Shown: positions 22,556 to 34,221, numbered from the stretch's first letter. The stretch: 64,000 nt of DNA from Gammaproteobacteria bacterium (GCA_963662545.2 CAXXLL010000003.1:1120001-1184000); one strand, 5' to 3'. Made by a program: numbers and translations. Notes: a model not told the origin generated them from the letters alone.

Positions 22556-23913
22556 TTAACCTGCTCCGATTCCGCCAGAATATCGGCGACTTTGTCCAAG
22601 GCCATCACGCGCGAGCCCTTAATCAGAATAGCGATATCGGATTCGCGCGATCGGGTGAGTGCACGGGTCAAGCTTGCGGTCAGCGAGTCCAGATCGGAAA
22701 AATGTTCGGCGCCGACGTCGAACTCGAGTGCGGCGGCCTTCGCCAGGGCGCCGACGGTAAACAGGCGTTGTACACCCGCACGCGACGCGGCGCGTGCGGC
22801 TTCACGATGATAATTTTCACTGTCATCACCAAGTTCCGCCATATCACCGAGAACGAGCCACTTATGACCGCGCTCGTTGGACAGCACGTCGAGCGCCGCT
22901 TGAAGGGACGCGGGATTGGCATTGTAGGAATCATCCAGTAGACGGGCTCCGCCCGGTCCGTGGCGGAGTTGTAATCGGCCCCGAACCGGTACGGCTCGCT
23001 CTAGCCCGGCACGGATGCTGGCGAGAGTAACATCGACGGCGCGGGCGGCCGCGGCAGCAGCGAGCGCATTTTGTACGTTGTGCCTGCCCTTGAATGCGAA
23101 CTTGATCAAAGTCTCGCCTATATCCGTCCTCAGAACGAACGAAGTTTTATCGGCGCCGACCGTCACAGCTTTCGCCGTGATCATTCCTCCTCTTCCGAAC
23201 GTGACGATACGACGTTCACCGGCCATTTCCGTCCAAAGAGAAGCATAGGGATCTTCGCAGTTGATGACGACGAACCCATCGCCGCCCAGTGCCGAAATGA
23301 TCTCGCCCTTAGCCCGTGCGATCGCTTCAATGCTGCCGAAACCTTCCAGGTGTGACGGCGCGACCAGGGTGATGACGGCGACTAGCGGACCGCTGATTTC
23401 ACCCAGCCACGCGATATCGCCGGGTCGATTCGCCCCCATCTCGATCACTGCGAAATCGTGTTCGGCGCGAAGCTCGAAAAGTGTCAATGGCAGACCGATA
23501 TCGTTGTTAAGGTTGCCCCGCGTTGCGAGCACCTCACCTTGAACCTGCAAGATCGCAGCGAGCATCTCCTTGACAGTAGTTTTGCCAGAACTCCCGGTCA
23601 CTGCTAGTAGCGGGATCTCGAATCTGCTTCTCCAATTTCGCGCGAGGCGGCCAAGACTGCGACGGCAATCACTCGTGTGAATCAGGCCTAATCCAATATT
23701 TTCCACATGCTCGACGACGGCGCCGGCGGCGCCCGCGTTAGCGGCATCGTCGAGTTTGTCGTGGGCATCGAAACGCGGGCCCCTGAGCGCGAAAAACAAT
23801 TGATTGGGCGTGAGCGAGCGCGTGTCCGTACTGACGCCCTCAAATCCACGATCGCTGCCAATGAGTTCACCGTCGATGGCGTTCGCGGCCTCCGATAGCT
23901 GCATTGCGATCAT
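22549..23913 (-). CDS. murF: UDP-N-acetylmuramoyl-tripeptide--D-Ala-D-Ala ligase
   Basis: [41 protein letters not shown]. Confidence 0.97.
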   Translation of the reverse strand: MIAMQLSEAANAIDGELIGSDRGFEGVSTDTRSLTPNQLFFALRGPRFDAHDKLDDAANAGAAGAVVEHVENIGLGLIHTSDCRRSLGRLARNWRSRFEIPLLAVTGSSGKTTVKEMLAAILQVQGEVLATRGNLNNDIGLPLTLFELRAEHDFAVIEMGANRPGDIAWLGEISGPLVAVITLVAPSHLEGFGSIEAIARAKGEIISALGGDGFVVINCEDPYASLWTEMAGERRIVTFGRGGMITAKAVTVGADKTSFVLRTDIGETLIKFAFKGRHNVQNALAAAAAARAVDVTLASIRAGLERAVPVRGRLQLRHGPGGARLLDDSYNANPASLQAALDVLSNERGHKWLVLGDMAELGDDSENYHREAARAASRAGVQRLFTVGALAKAAALEFDVGAEHFSDLDSLTASLTRALTRSRESDIAILIKGSRVMALDKVADILAESEQVKC

Positions 23914-25412
23914 GAATCGTTCTCCCTCAGCGCCTGCTCGACTTCCGAGCGATCGCTGAATGGAGTTCTAACACCGTCGTGCTCCTGGATCACCTCATGA
24001 CCTTTACCGGCAACCAGCACAATATCGTCTGCCGATGCGGCACCTATCGCTGTTCTGATCGCTTCCGCGCGATCGTGAATGATGCGCACAGCTGCAGGCG
24101 AGTGCATGCCCGAGACGATATCGCGCGCGATATCGGCGTTGTGCTCGCCCCGCGGATTGTCAGCGGTCACGATCACTTGGTCTGCATAGCATTCGGCAAT
24201 CTCGCCCATGACGGGACGCTTGCTGTGGTCACGTTCTCCGCCACAACCAAACACCAGTACCAAGCGCTGCGCTCCTGCTTCGCGTAATGCCGTCAGTGCC
24301 GCCAGCAGGCTGTCGGGAGAATGAGCATAGTCCACAAATACGCGCGCGCCCGCCGGTGTCGTCCCGCATAACTCCATACGGCCGGGTACCCGACGGACCC
24401 GTGACAGCGCGGTACATATGCGTTCGAGCGCGTGGCCGAGCGATAGCAAGTAGGCCGCAGCGATCAATAAATTGTCGACGTTGAAACGTCCGAGCAGCGT
24501 GCTCTCGATACGGGCCGCGCGTTTCGCGTGACGCAGGGTAAAACGTACGCCATCGCGCATCGATTCTACTTCGGTCCCGGTAACCCGTGCCCGGCTTTCG
24601 GCTTCGCTTCGATTCGTCGAGCAGGTCCACAATTCGATATGCGGACCGATTGAACTTGCTATTCCGACACCCACCGGATCGTCGACATTCACGATCGCCG
24701 TCGCCAAACCCTTATGCGTGAACAAATGCCGTTTGACTTCCGCGTAAGCCTCGATATCGCCGTGGTAATCGAGGTGATCATGGCCGAGGTTTGTAAACGC
24801 CGCCGCGCCGAGTGTGAGCCCCGACAGGCGATCTTGATCCAGAGCGTGCGAGGATGCTTCCAGCGCTACGAAACCGACGTTTTCCGCGCGTAGACGCGCC
24901 AGCCAGCGGTTCAGGGTAATGATGTCGGGTGTCGTCATGCCAATCGACGTCAACTGATCCAAACGCCCGGCGCCGAGCGTTCCTATGTAGCCGCAGGTCT
25001 CACCCAGCTCACCTACTGCTTGCGCTGCGATATGTGCCACTGTGGACTTGCCGTTCGTTCCGGTGATCGCGAGTACGTGCACGGCTGCCGATGGATCGTC
25101 AAAAAGGCGCCTGGCAATTTCTCCCAAGTGCCCGCGTACGTCTGCAAGCTCGAACACCGGAATCGCGAAATGCAGCGCCGGTTCATTTTCCTCCACGACG
25201 ATCGCCGTGGCCCCTCTGGCGACGGCTTCGGCGGCAAACGCCATGCCGTTTGCGCGCGCACCCTTGAGTGCGAAAAAGCAGGTCCCAGGACCGACGTCGC
25301 GGCTGTCGAGAGCGATATCGGAAATGTTTCGATCGTCCCGGGCTGGTACGGTGAGGATCCCGTCAAATAGTTCCGACAGCGCAACACCCATCTGGGATTG
25401 GGGTGCCATCAT
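23910..25412 (-). CDS. murE: UDP-N-acetylmuramoyl-L-alanyl-D-glutamate--DAP ligase
   Basis: ITGTNGKST, EASSHAL, DHLDYH, DYAHSPD, DNPR (DAP-specific), AGKGHE. Confidence 0.97.
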   Translation of the reverse strand: MMAPQSQMGVALSELFDGILTVPARDDRNISDIALDSRDVGPGTCFFALKGARANGMAFAAEAVARGATAIVVEENEPALHFAIPVFELADVRGHLGEIARRLFDDPSAAVHVLAITGTNGKSTVAHIAAQAVGELGETCGYIGTLGAGRLDQLTSIGMTTPDIITLNRWLARLRAENVGFVALEASSHALDQDRLSGLTLGAAAFTNLGHDHLDYHGDIEAYAEVKRHLFTHKGLATAIVNVDDPVGVGIASSIGPHIELWTCSTNRSEAESRARVTGTEVESMRDGVRFTLRHAKRAARIESTLLGRFNVDNLLIAAAYLLSLGHALERICTALSRVRRVPGRMELCGTTPAGARVFVDYAHSPDSLLAALTALREAGAQRLVLVFGCGGERDHSKRPVMGEIAECYADQVIVTADNPRGEHNADIARDIVSGMHSPAAVRIIHDRAEAIRTAIGAASADDIVLVAGKGHEVIQEHDGVRTPFSDRSEVEQALRENDS

Positions 25413-27151
25413 GGCCGGCGCTCGGCTATCCGGGCGGATTCAAAACGCGCCATCAGCTTCATTTCGTCCATGGGTTCGCCGGCGGGCTGGTCCGGCGGGA
25501 TATTCAGGATGCGGGTCGCCTCGCGCATGACGCTTGCGAAAACAGGTGCAGCGACGCGGCCACCAAAATATCCGCCGCTCTTCGGTTCGTCGATAACGAC
25601 GATCGCTACGAGCCGTGGACGGTTCGCCGGGATCATGCCGGCGAAAAGCGAAAGGTAGCGATCTTCGGCGTAGCCAGACACGGTCGATTTATGAACGGTG
25701 CCCGTTTTACCCGCGACTGAATACCCTGGCACGGCGGCAGCGTGTCCGGTTCCGTGCGCGACGGCACGTTCGAGCATCTTACGGATCTCGCGCGCCGTTG
25801 TGGAGTGCATCGCGCGCCGCCTCTGCGGCGGTACATCGGAACGCACGATGCTGAGCGGCTGCAGCCAACCGCCGTTGGCGATCGCCATGTATGCACGTGC
25901 CAGCTGCGTTGCAGTGACAGACATGCCATAACCAAAGGCCAGCGTAGCGTGCTCGATCTCCCGCCAGTTACGATACTCGTTCAACCTTCCGTAAGCTTCG
26001 CCAGGTAGGAGGGCTTCGGTCAGAGACCCGAACCCACAGGCCCGAAATAACCGCCAAAGTAGCTCCGGTTCCAGCGACAGGGCGAGTTTGCTGGCCCCCA
26101 CGTTGCTCGACTTTACAACGATGGCGACGATGTCGAGCTGATGGTAATTCCTGACATCCCGGATGAGGTGCTTCCCCACCTTGAAGTACCCTGGCGATGT
26201 GTCGATCCTGGATTCCGGCAAGTATCGTCCGCTTTCCAGCGCAGCGGCAATCGTGAACGGTTTGATCGTCGATCCGGGTTCGAACAGGTCGGTTACTGCG
26301 CGATTCCGATAGTGCTCACCTTTGAGGTCGCTGCGATTGTTGGGGTTGAAGGACGGTCGATTAACGAGCGCGAGGATTTCCCCGGATTGCACGTCCAGGA
26401 CCACCATTGAACCTGCGCGAGCTTGATGACGCTGCACCGCGGCTTTGAGCTCACGGTAAGCGGCATACTGAATTCGCTTGTCGATACTGAGTACTACATC
26501 GCGCCCCGGGCGCGTCGCGCGCAGGCGCTCGACGTCCTCGACGATCCGTCCTAGACGATCCTTGATTACGCGACGGGAACCGGGTTCGCCCCGGAGTGCC
26601 TGATCGAAGGCCAATTCGACCCCTTCCTGACCTTGATCGTCTACGTTTGTGAAGCCAACCACGTGAGCCGCGACTTCGGCTGCCGGGTAATAGCGTCGGT
26701 TTTCCTCAATCAATCCGACACCTCGCAGGTTCAGTCTATGCACCGCTTCGCTTTCGTCCGGTGTTAAGTGCCGGCGCAGATATACGAATTTTCGATCGAG
26801 GCGCGGCAGTACCTGCGTTTCGAGGTGGGCGACCGTCGTACCGAGCAACTCGGCAAGTACCGGCCACTGGCTGCGAACCTGGACAAACTGATCGGGACTC
26901 ACCCAGGCGGAGTGGATCGGCGCACTGATGGCGAGCGGTTCGCCGTTACGATCGAGAATCATGCCGCGGTTGGCATCAATGCGCTCGACGCGAAGATATC
27001 GGGCATCGCCGTGATTCTGGAGGAATTCCCGATCGTGGAGCTGGATATCGATCGCGCGCCAAGCGAGCACCGAAGCGGCGCCGACGAATATCGTCACGAT
27101 AATCCGGCGCCTTAGCCTCAATTCCCTGCGCGCGTCTGATCGCGAACTCAT
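25409..27151 (-). CDS. ftsI: Peptidoglycan D,D-transpeptidase FtsI (PBP3)
   Basis: RGMILDRNG, EPGSTIKP (SxxK), KSSN (SxN), KTGT. Confidence 0.97.
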   Translation of the reverse strand: MSSRSDARRELRLRRRIIVTIFVGAASVLAWRAIDIQLHDREFLQNHGDARYLRVERIDANRGMILDRNGEPLAISAPIHSAWVSPDQFVQVRSQWPVLAELLGTTVAHLETQVLPRLDRKFVYLRRHLTPDESEAVHRLNLRGVGLIEENRRYYPAAEVAAHVVGFTNVDDQGQEGVELAFDQALRGEPGSRRVIKDRLGRIVEDVERLRATRPGRDVVLSIDKRIQYAAYRELKAAVQRHQARAGSMVVLDVQSGEILALVNRPSFNPNNRSDLKGEHYRNRAVTDLFEPGSTIKPFTIAAALESGRYLPESRIDTSPGYFKVGKHLIRDVRNYHQLDIVAIVVKSSNVGASKLALSLEPELLWRLFRACGFGSLTEALLPGEAYGRLNEYRNWREIEHATLAFGYGMSVTATQLARAYMAIANGGWLQPLSIVRSDVPPQRRRAMHSTTAREIRKMLERAVAHGTGHAAAVPGYSVAGKTGTVHKSTVSGYAEDRYLSLFAGMIPANRPRLVAIVVIDEPKSGGYFGGRVAAPVFASVMREATRILNIPPDQPAGEPMDEMKLMARFESARIAERRP

Positions 27152-27411
27152 CGCAGTTCCATAACCTGCCGCGTGACCGGCGCGATCATCTCGAGTTTTT
27201 CACTCGCGACTTTTTCAACCCTGATATGTGTTCCCCACGTTGCCTGTTCGAGGAGTAGCTGACCCCACTCGCGGTCGAGGTCCTGTTTCGTTTCTCTGAG
27301 ATCCTGCAATTCGACGAAAAGTTTTCGACTGTCGTGCCTATACACCACGAGTTCTACGGCTGATGCGAACGCCAGCCCTGCCGCTACTATGATCGTAATC
27401 ACCGATTTCAA
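27148..27411 (-). CDS. ftsL: Cell division protein FtsL
   Basis: TM plus coiled coil EWGQLLLEQ..RVE; between rsmH and ftsI. Confidence 0.92.
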   Translation of the reverse strand: MKSVITIIVAAGLAFASAVELVVYRHDSRKLFVELQDLRETKQDLDREWGQLLLEQATWGTHIRVEKVASEKLEMIAPVTRQVMELR

Positions 27412-28316
27412 GCGTAACGCTCCAGAACTCTGAGACGGGCGCTGCGTGCGCGGGGATTCCGCTTTCGCTCGAGCTCGTCCGCCATGCGTGGCTTTTTTGT
27501 CAGGACGCGGTACAACGGCTTTCCCTCGGTAGGATCCTCGCGCCTCGAGCTAGTGTCCCGCTCGCGAAAAAACCGCTTGACCAGCCGATCCTCGATCGAG
27601 TGAAAAGCAATCACGAGAATTCGCCCGCCGACGGCCAGTAATCTCGAAGCGGCAAGAAGAGCCCGCTCGACTTCGCCGAGTTCATCGTTGATGTGAATGC
27701 GTACCGCCTGAAAAGTGCGAGTCGCCGGGTCGATCCGACTGCGCGGTCCACGCATGCACGAACGCACCAGCTCAGCCAGCTCGAAGGTCGATTTCAGCGC
27801 ATGCACCCGACGGCTCTCGACGATTCTGTGCGCGATTTGTCGTGAACGACGCTCGTCGCCGTAATGCCAGAGAACGTCACTGATCTCCTTTTTCGACGCC
27901 GACATCAACCAGTCGGCCGCCGAGACTGGCTCGCTTGGATCCATGCGCATATCGAGAGGCCCATCATGCTGAAAGCTGAAACCGCGGCCAGATTCGTCAA
28001 GCTGAGGCGTCGACACGCCGAGATCAAAAAGCACGCCGTCGATCGCCGATTCTTCATCGCTCAGCACGTCTTCGAGCTTCGAGAACCTTTGCTGTGCCAC
28101 TCTCACGCGGGAATCCTCCCGGGCAAGGGCCCGCGCCTGCTCTACGGCCCGCGGATCACGGTCAATGACGATCAGTCGACCCTGCGAGTCGAGGCATTGC
28201 AAGATTGCTCGGCTGTGACCGCCGCGTCCAAATGTCGCGTCGATATACAGTCCTCCGGGTCTCACGTTCATAAGGTCCACAACCTCACTCAACAAGACCG
28301 GTACGTGTTCGTGCAC
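27408..28316 (-). CDS. rsmH: 16S rRNA C1402 N4-methyltransferase
   Basis: HVPVLL, DATFGRGGHS, DLGVS, PLDMRMD, FHSIEDR, NPRARSA. Confidence 0.97.
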   Translation of the reverse strand: MHEHVPVLLSEVVDLMNVRPGGLYIDATFGRGGHSRAILQCLDSQGRLIVIDRDPRAVEQARALAREDSRVRVAQQRFSKLEDVLSDEESAIDGVLFDLGVSTPQLDESGRGFSFQHDGPLDMRMDPSEPVSAADWLMSASKKEISDVLWHYGDERRSRQIAHRIVESRRVHALKSTFELAELVRSCMRGPRSRIDPATRTFQAVRIHINDELGEVERALLAASRLLAVGGRILVIAFHSIEDRLVKRFFRERDTSSRREDPTEGKPLYRVLTKKPRMADELERKRNPRARSARLRVLERYA

Positions 28317-28326
28317 CCAATTCCAC

Positions 28327-28785
28327 TTACAGCGAAAGAGACTCCAACGCGGAAGACGGATCCCCCGTGCCGTTGCCGACGTCGTTCAGCCAGCGGTCGC
28401 GCTCCGCATTCCATGCGTCGCGATCCCAGATTTCTAATTTGTTTCCTTGACCGAGCAGCGCCACCGGCCCGTCGATGCCAGCGATGGCGCGAAGTTCTTG
28501 AGGCAACAATACACGGGCCTGGTTGTCACAAACGCAATCGGCGGCGTAACCACGCATGATTTGCTTGGTTCTACGGCTCTGCTTGTCAAAGTCGGACAAG
28601 GCCGATAATTTGGTTTCGATCAGTTCCCATTCGGCCAACGGATAAAGCCACAAGGCACGATCCCAGGGATTGAGGGTGATGACGAGTTCCGGGGACCCGA
28701 GCTGGGCCAAGGCCTCGCGATAACGGGCCGGAATCGCCAGACGCCCCTTGGCGTCGACGTTGATTGTACTCAGGCCTCGGAACAT
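28327..28785 (-). CDS. mraZ: Transcriptional regulator MraZ
   Basis: MFRG..VDAKGRLAIP and second SpoVT-AbrB repeat; first gene of dcw cluster. Confidence 0.96.
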   Translation of the reverse strand: MFRGLSTINVDAKGRLAIPARYREALAQLGSPELVITLNPWDRALWLYPLAEWELIETKLSALSDFDKQSRRTKQIMRGYAADCVCDNQARVLLPQELRAIAGIDGPVALLGQGNKLEIWDRDAWNAERDRWLNDVGNGTGDPSSALESLSL

Positions 28786-28870
28786 TCCCGTGCATGGGAT
28801 GCCACGCGATGGCGGTCCGCTTCACAGCGTTAAGAACGGACGTGTTGAAACCACCGAATTCGCGCGAGAT

Positions 28871-28904
28871 CCACTTTTCCCCACATTTCACCACCGAACT
28901 GCAC
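28871..28904 (-). promoter_or_regulatory. MraZ-binding boxes (GTGG repeats with 10-bp period)
   Basis: CCAC at 28871, 28881, 28891 (degenerate GCAC at 28901) = GTGG repeats on minus strand upstream of mraZ. Confidence 0.85.
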
Positions 28905-28932
28905 TATAAGGAGTGGGGAGGAAAACTGTCAA
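28903..28932 (-). promoter_or_regulatory. Putative sigma70 promoter of the dcw operon
   Basis: TTGACA (28932-28927), 18-nt spacer, TATAGT (28908-28903), immediately upstream of the MraZ boxes. Confidence 0.7.
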
Positions 28933-29227
28933 GAAAATCAGGGGTAATAATTCGCGAATTCTTGCTTTAGTTACAGGGACTTAGCTGCCTTCATCGCTAG
29001 CCGTGCCGACCCTTCGATAGCACGCGTGGTAGAAACAATCAAAAAATCATCCATCTATGTCAAGCAGCTAATGTATTTTATGAAAGAATTGCACCCGCCG
29101 GCTCGCCCCATGAAGTACCGCGGATACCGGGGGACGGGTTCGGCTAAATGCCTCGCTGGATTGAATCCCATTGCCGTACCTAGCCCTCCTGTTGGACGAA
29201 TGCGGGCCAGCCCCGACGCAGGGTAGA

Positions 29228-29654
29228 GTGCAAGCCGGCCTGTAAGCCGGGTTCTGTGGTGTTGCAAAGCAACACGGCGATCATTCATCTGCGACGCGTG
29301 TCGCCACGCGCCTGAAGCGACCTACCCGGAAACTCGTGCGGACCACACTTCACCGCTTACGCGGCGCGTTTCCCTATTTGGTCTTGCTCCGGATGGGGTT
29401 TACCCTGCCACCGGCGTTGGCCGGCGCGGTGCGCTCTTACCGCACCTTTTCACCCTTACCCCACCACCAACCCCGGGGCCGCTATGCGGCGACGGGGTTG
29501 GTGGTGGGGCGGTCTGTTTTCTGTGGCACTTTCCGTAGGCTCGCGCCCCCCAGGCGTTACCTGGCATCCTGTCCTGTGGAGCCCGGACTTTCCTCCGCCA
29601 TCCAACACGCAACGAATGCGCCTGGATGACGGCGACCGCCCGGCCGACTTGCAC
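29228..29654 (-). ncRNA. rnpB: RNase P RNA, bacterial type A
   Basis: GAGGAAAGTCCGGGCT, AGTGCCACAGAAA, GGTAAACCCC..GAGCAAG, ACAGAACCCGGCTTA; P1 ends GTGCAAGTCGGCC/GGCCGGCTTGCAC; follows rsmI. Confidence 0.97.
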
Positions 29655-29677
29655 GTGAGAGTGTGTCGCCTCATCTG

Positions 29678-30544
29678 TCAAATTTCAACGTCATCTGCGT
29701 GTTCGGAGATTCTTAACGCTGCTTCGTAGATTAAATTGCGGCTCAAGCCCGTGATCGCCTTGGCTACGCGTATCGCTGTTTTCGAATCCATTTCCTCAAG
29801 CAGGATCTGTATGACGCGCTCCGCCTCACGGGTATCCGGATGTCTTTGCTGACCGGCGACGATTAAAACGATTTCGCCACGATGGGTATTCGGATCGGAT
29901 TCCAGAAGCTCCGACAATTCAGCCAATGATCCACGGTAGACCGCTTCGAACTTCTTGGTGAGCTCACGCGCAATGGCAGCCCCTCGCGCTCCTCCAAAAA
30001 TGGAGATCATCGCATTCAGCGTATCGAGTATCCGATGGGGTGCCTCGAAGAACACAAGGGTTCGAGATTCCTGCGCCAAACGTCGCAGCCGCGCCTCTCG
30101 GGGGTGCGCGCGCGCCGGCAAAAAACCCTCGAAAGCGAAGCGGTCCGTCGCCATGCCAGACACGCTTAATGCCGCCGTAACGGCACAAGGGCCAGGTATC
30201 GCCAGGACCGGAATGGAGGCTGCCACCGCACAATTCACCAGCGCGTAACCCGGATCCGATATCAGGGGGGTGCCGGCATCGGAGATCAATGCGCAGGTTT
30301 CGCGCCTCGCCTGCAGGGCCGCAACGACCTTCTCCGCCATGCGGCCTTCATTGTGATCATGTAAAGGCCTGAGCGAAGTCGTCACGCCGTATGCCTCAAG
30401 CAGTTTGCGGCTATGCCGGGTATCTTCGCTCAAAATGAAATCAACGGCGTCGAGGATCTCGACGGCGCGGCGACCGATATCGCCCAAATTACCTATCGGG
30501 GTCGCGACGACGTAAACGGCCGGGCGTTCAATTGACACGTCCAT
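29678..30544 (-). CDS. rsmI: 16S rRNA C1402 2'-O-methyltransferase
   Basis: YVVATPIGNLGD, EDTR, SDAGTPLISDPG, FEGFLP, RELTKKFE. Confidence 0.97.
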   Translation of the reverse strand: MDVSIERPAVYVVATPIGNLGDIGRRAVEILDAVDFILSEDTRHSRKLLEAYGVTTSLRPLHDHNEGRMAEKVVAALQARRETCALISDAGTPLISDPGYALVNCAVAASIPVLAIPGPCAVTAALSVSGMATDRFAFEGFLPARAHPREARLRRLAQESRTLVFFEAPHRILDTLNAMISIFGGARGAAIARELTKKFEAVYRGSLAELSELLESDPNTHRGEIVLIVAGQQRHPDTREAERVIQILLEEMDSKTAIRVAKAITGLSRNLIYEAALRISEHADDVEI

Positions 30545-30661
30545 GGAGGAAAAAGATACTACAACCTATCTCTAAATTATCCGCATGTGCGTTGTGCCTT
30601 GAAATGCTCGAAAATCGCTGCCGGCGCACGTGCAAATAATTTTGAGAAAGGTCCCAAGCTC

Positions 30662-32551
30662 GTGCCGCGCTCTGTGCTCACTCAAAATCCGCAACCGTTG
30701 CGCGTGCTTGCCGTGGCCGCGATTGCTCTTATTACATGCGCCTGCGGTCCGCAACGCAATGTTAGCGACACTCTGCAAGCTCCCGATCCACTCGTAGCGG
30801 CAAAACGCTTGCTCGGCCAGGGTAATTATGGTGCTGCGGCTGCGGCTTTCGCCGACGTCGCCCGTGCCAGCGATGCGTCGCGCTCGGTCGAGTTGAAGGC
30901 CATTGCTGCCCTCGCCTACCAGGACGCTGGAGATCGTGAGAGCGCTGACGCGCTCATCGGTGAACTCGATGAAAACGCCGGCGAAACTGCGCCCGTTGTC
31001 GCGCTCGCGAAGTCGCGATCGATGCTGCAGGCGGGTTTTTCCGACGACGCCTATGCAATGGCCGTGCAACTGGAAGAGTTGAGCCTGACGCCTTATCAAC
31101 GTGGCGTTCGCGCTCGCGTCATTGGAGAAGCCGCGTTGGCTGCCAACGACATTCCCGCCGCCGCGCAAGCGTGGATCTCGGCGTACCGGTACCCGTATCC
31201 CGCCGATCAATCGGAATTCATCGCTCGTTCGACCTGGCGCGCGATATCCCGGTTGCCGCAGCCCGAACTCGCTCGGCGTATCGCGACCAGCGCCCCAGCG
31301 TCAGCCGGCTGGTACTCTTTGGCGCAAATCGCATCGCGCTCCCTGTTCGACACACCGACTTTCATAGAAAGTACGGATAAATGGACACAACAATACGCCG
31401 GACATCCGGCAGCCGAATTGTTAGAGGAGCTGCTCGAGCGATCAGAACTGGTTTCAGTTCGGCCAAGGCGATTAGCGCTTTTCCTGCCGTTCGACGACAC
31501 CTTGGGTATCGCCGCCAAGGCGATTAGAGACGGCTTTCTTGCCGCATGGTATGCCGATGCTCGGATTGAATCGCGGCCCAGCGTCGAGGTTTATTCAACA
31601 GCAAGCGGCGATATCGTTTCGATTTACCGCAGAGCTGTTTCCGAAGGCGCAGAATTCGTGGTTGGACCGCTCAAAAAGAGCTTCGTTGCGGCGCTGCGCA
31701 AGGAAGAAAATCTCGAAACCGGCATCCTCGCGCTAAATGTCGTGGACGCCCCATCACGCAGCGGGGGCGGGCCGCCAGGCTTGTACCAGTTTGGATTGAC
31801 GCCGGAAGATGAAGCGCGCCAGGTCGCGCGACGCGCACAGGCCAGGGGTTCCCGCGCCCTGATCGTCACTCCGGACAGCGCATGGGGCCAAAGACTCATG
31901 AAGGCCTATGCTAATACCTGGAAGCAGCTCGGTGGCGTCGTGCTTGCAGAAGTATCTTATTCCGATGAGGCGGAATCCTATCCGGACGCCGTCAAACGCG
32001 CGCTGAACATCGACCTAAGCGACGCCCGCGCCGCGGACCTCCGCGCCAAGCTATCGATTCCGCTGCATGTCGAGCCCCGACGGCGGGCGGACATCGATGT
32101 CATCCTGCTCGCCGGCTATCCGGACAACGCTCGGCAGCTCCTGCCGCAGCTTCGGTACTTTCGCGCCGAAACCGTGCCGGTATTCGCTACTTCACACGTT
32201 TATGCCGGCGGCACTGACGCCGAACGCGACAGGGATCTGAATGGCCTGGTATTCGGCGACATGCCTTGGCTGTTTGGCGCAGCGGACGCGGAACTCTTCA
32301 ACGCGATAAGGCGCAGTTGGCCGGCCGAAGCAAATAATTACGCGCGCCTCCACGGCTTCGGCATCGATGCATACAGAATCATTCCCTACCTGGCAAAAAT
32401 GCGCTACCAGCAAAATCTGCGGATTCCCGGCGTAACCGGTGTGTTGTGGATGGATTACGAGGGCATCGTGCATCGGCACATGACGTGGCTGAGGTTTGTC
32501 GACGGTATTGCGACCCTGGCGGATGAATCTGTCCGGCGCTATGCACGCTGA
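30662..32551 (+). CDS. lpoA: Penicillin-binding protein activator LpoA (start uncertain; frame open from 30587)
   Basis: Signal peptide with Cys, helical N-domain, C-terminal VVGPLKK, FGLTPEDEA, ATSH, GFGIDAY; divergent from rsmI. Confidence 0.88.
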   Translation: MPRSVLTQNPQPLRVLAVAAIALITCACGPQRNVSDTLQAPDPLVAAKRLLGQGNYGAAAAAFADVARASDASRSVELKAIAALAYQDAGDRESADALIGELDENAGETAPVVALAKSRSMLQAGFSDDAYAMAVQLEELSLTPYQRGVRARVIGEAALAANDIPAAAQAWISAYRYPYPADQSEFIARSTWRAISRLPQPELARRIATSAPASAGWYSLAQIASRSLFDTPTFIESTDKWTQQYAGHPAAELLEELLERSELVSVRPRRLALFLPFDDTLGIAAKAIRDGFLAAWYADARIESRPSVEVYSTASGDIVSIYRRAVSEGAEFVVGPLKKSFVAALRKEENLETGILALNVVDAPSRSGGGPPGLYQFGLTPEDEARQVARRAQARGSRALIVTPDSAWGQRLMKAYANTWKQLGGVVLAEVSYSDEAESYPDAVKRALNIDLSDARAADLRAKLSIPLHVEPRRRADIDVILLAGYPDNARQLLPQLRYFRAETVPVFATSHVYAGGTDAERDRDLNGLVFGDMPWLFGAADAELFNAIRRSWPAEANNYARLHGFGIDAYRIIPYLAKMRYQQNLRIPGVTGVLWMDYEGIVHRHMTWLRFVDGIATLADESVRRYAR

Positions 32552-32924
32552 CATGGGTCCGATCGAGACGTCGCGAGACTGCGGTCGAAACTTCGAGGAG
32601 ATCGCGGAAAGCTACCTGCGTGAACGAGGCCTCTCCACCGTCGCCCGCAACTATACATGTCGCTTCGGCGAAATCGATCTGATCATGCTGGATGCAGAGA
32701 CCGTAGTTTTCGTCGAGGTGCGCTACCGACGGTCTCTGCGGTTCGGCGGCGGTCTGGAAAGCATTACCGACAAAAAACGGAACCGGCTGATTCGAACGGC
32801 GGCGCATTTTCTAGTGAAACGAAGCGGCCCGGCGGAACCGCCGTGCAGATTCGATGTGCTGGCGATTACCGGCGGCACGCAGACCTATTCGATTGACTGG
32901 ATTGCCGATGCGTTTTCTGCATAA
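32541..32924 (+). CDS. yraN: YraN family (UPF0102) putative nuclease
   Basis: RNY..RFGEIDLIM, VFVEVRYR, CRFDV, WIADAF. Confidence 0.93.
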   Translation: MHADMGPIETSRDCGRNFEEIAESYLRERGLSTVARNYTCRFGEIDLIMLDAETVVFVEVRYRRSLRFGGGLESITDKKRNRLIRTAAHFLVKRSGPAEPPCRFDVLAITGGTQTYSIDWIADAFSA

Positions 32925-32997
32925 TGCTTGTCGACACCGAACCTGGGCCGCTGGAAATGATCTCTTGCCCGTTGGGAACGGCTATTCAGATGCTTAA

Positions 32998-33606
<609 letters not shown>

Positions 33607-34203
33607 ATGAAAAAAACTCCATTTCCGGAAATATTTAAACGGGCCCGCATTCTTCTGATCGTGGCAACCCTCGTAACTATTTCCGGTTGCGCCGGGATCC
33701 TCGTGGGCGGCGCGGCGACCAGCGCCGTCGTCGCCAATGATCCGAGAACGACTGGAACCTTCGTCGAAGATCAGGCGATCGAGGTCAAGGCCTACGCATC
33801 ATTGCGAGCAATTTCCGACATCAAGGAACAGACCCATATTGGGGTTACGAGCTATAACCAGGTGGTATTACTTACCGGTCAGGCGCCGACCGAAGACCTC
33901 CGTTCCCAGGTCGTCGAAATCGTCAGTGGGATCGCCAAGGTTCGGCACATCCACAACGAAGTAACTATCGCGGCGCCCAATTCGATGATGTCGCGAACAA
34001 ACGATGGACTTTTGACCACTAAGGTCAAGACCAAGATGTTCGCGACGGCGGACCTGAACGCGACCAAGATAAAAGTCGTTAGCGAAGCAGGCATCGTGTA
34101 CTTGATGGGTCTCGTTTCAGCAGCCGAAGGCGATCTCGCTGCCGAAATCGCCAGCAGGACGGGAGGGGTGCAGCGGGTCGTTAAATTGTTCGAGGAGCAG
34201 TAA
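33607..34203 (+). CDS. dolP: Dual BON-domain lipoprotein (DolP/YraP)
   Basis: Lipobox ISGC, DPRTTG, two BON domains (VLLTGQ, VYLMG). Confidence 0.88.
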   Translation: MKKTPFPEIFKRARILLIVATLVTISGCAGILVGGAATSAVVANDPRTTGTFVEDQAIEVKAYASLRAISDIKEQTHIGVTSYNQVVLLTGQAPTEDLRSQVVEIVSGIAKVRHIHNEVTIAAPNSMMSRTNDGLLTTKVKTKMFATADLNATKIKVVSEAGIVYLMGLVSAAEGDLAAEIASRTGGVQRVVKLFEEQ

Positions 34204-34221
34204 TCACGCGCCGAAGACGCC

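Noticed and set aside
29336-29729. Several short ORFs upstream of mraZ
   Set aside because: They overlap the RNase P RNA gene
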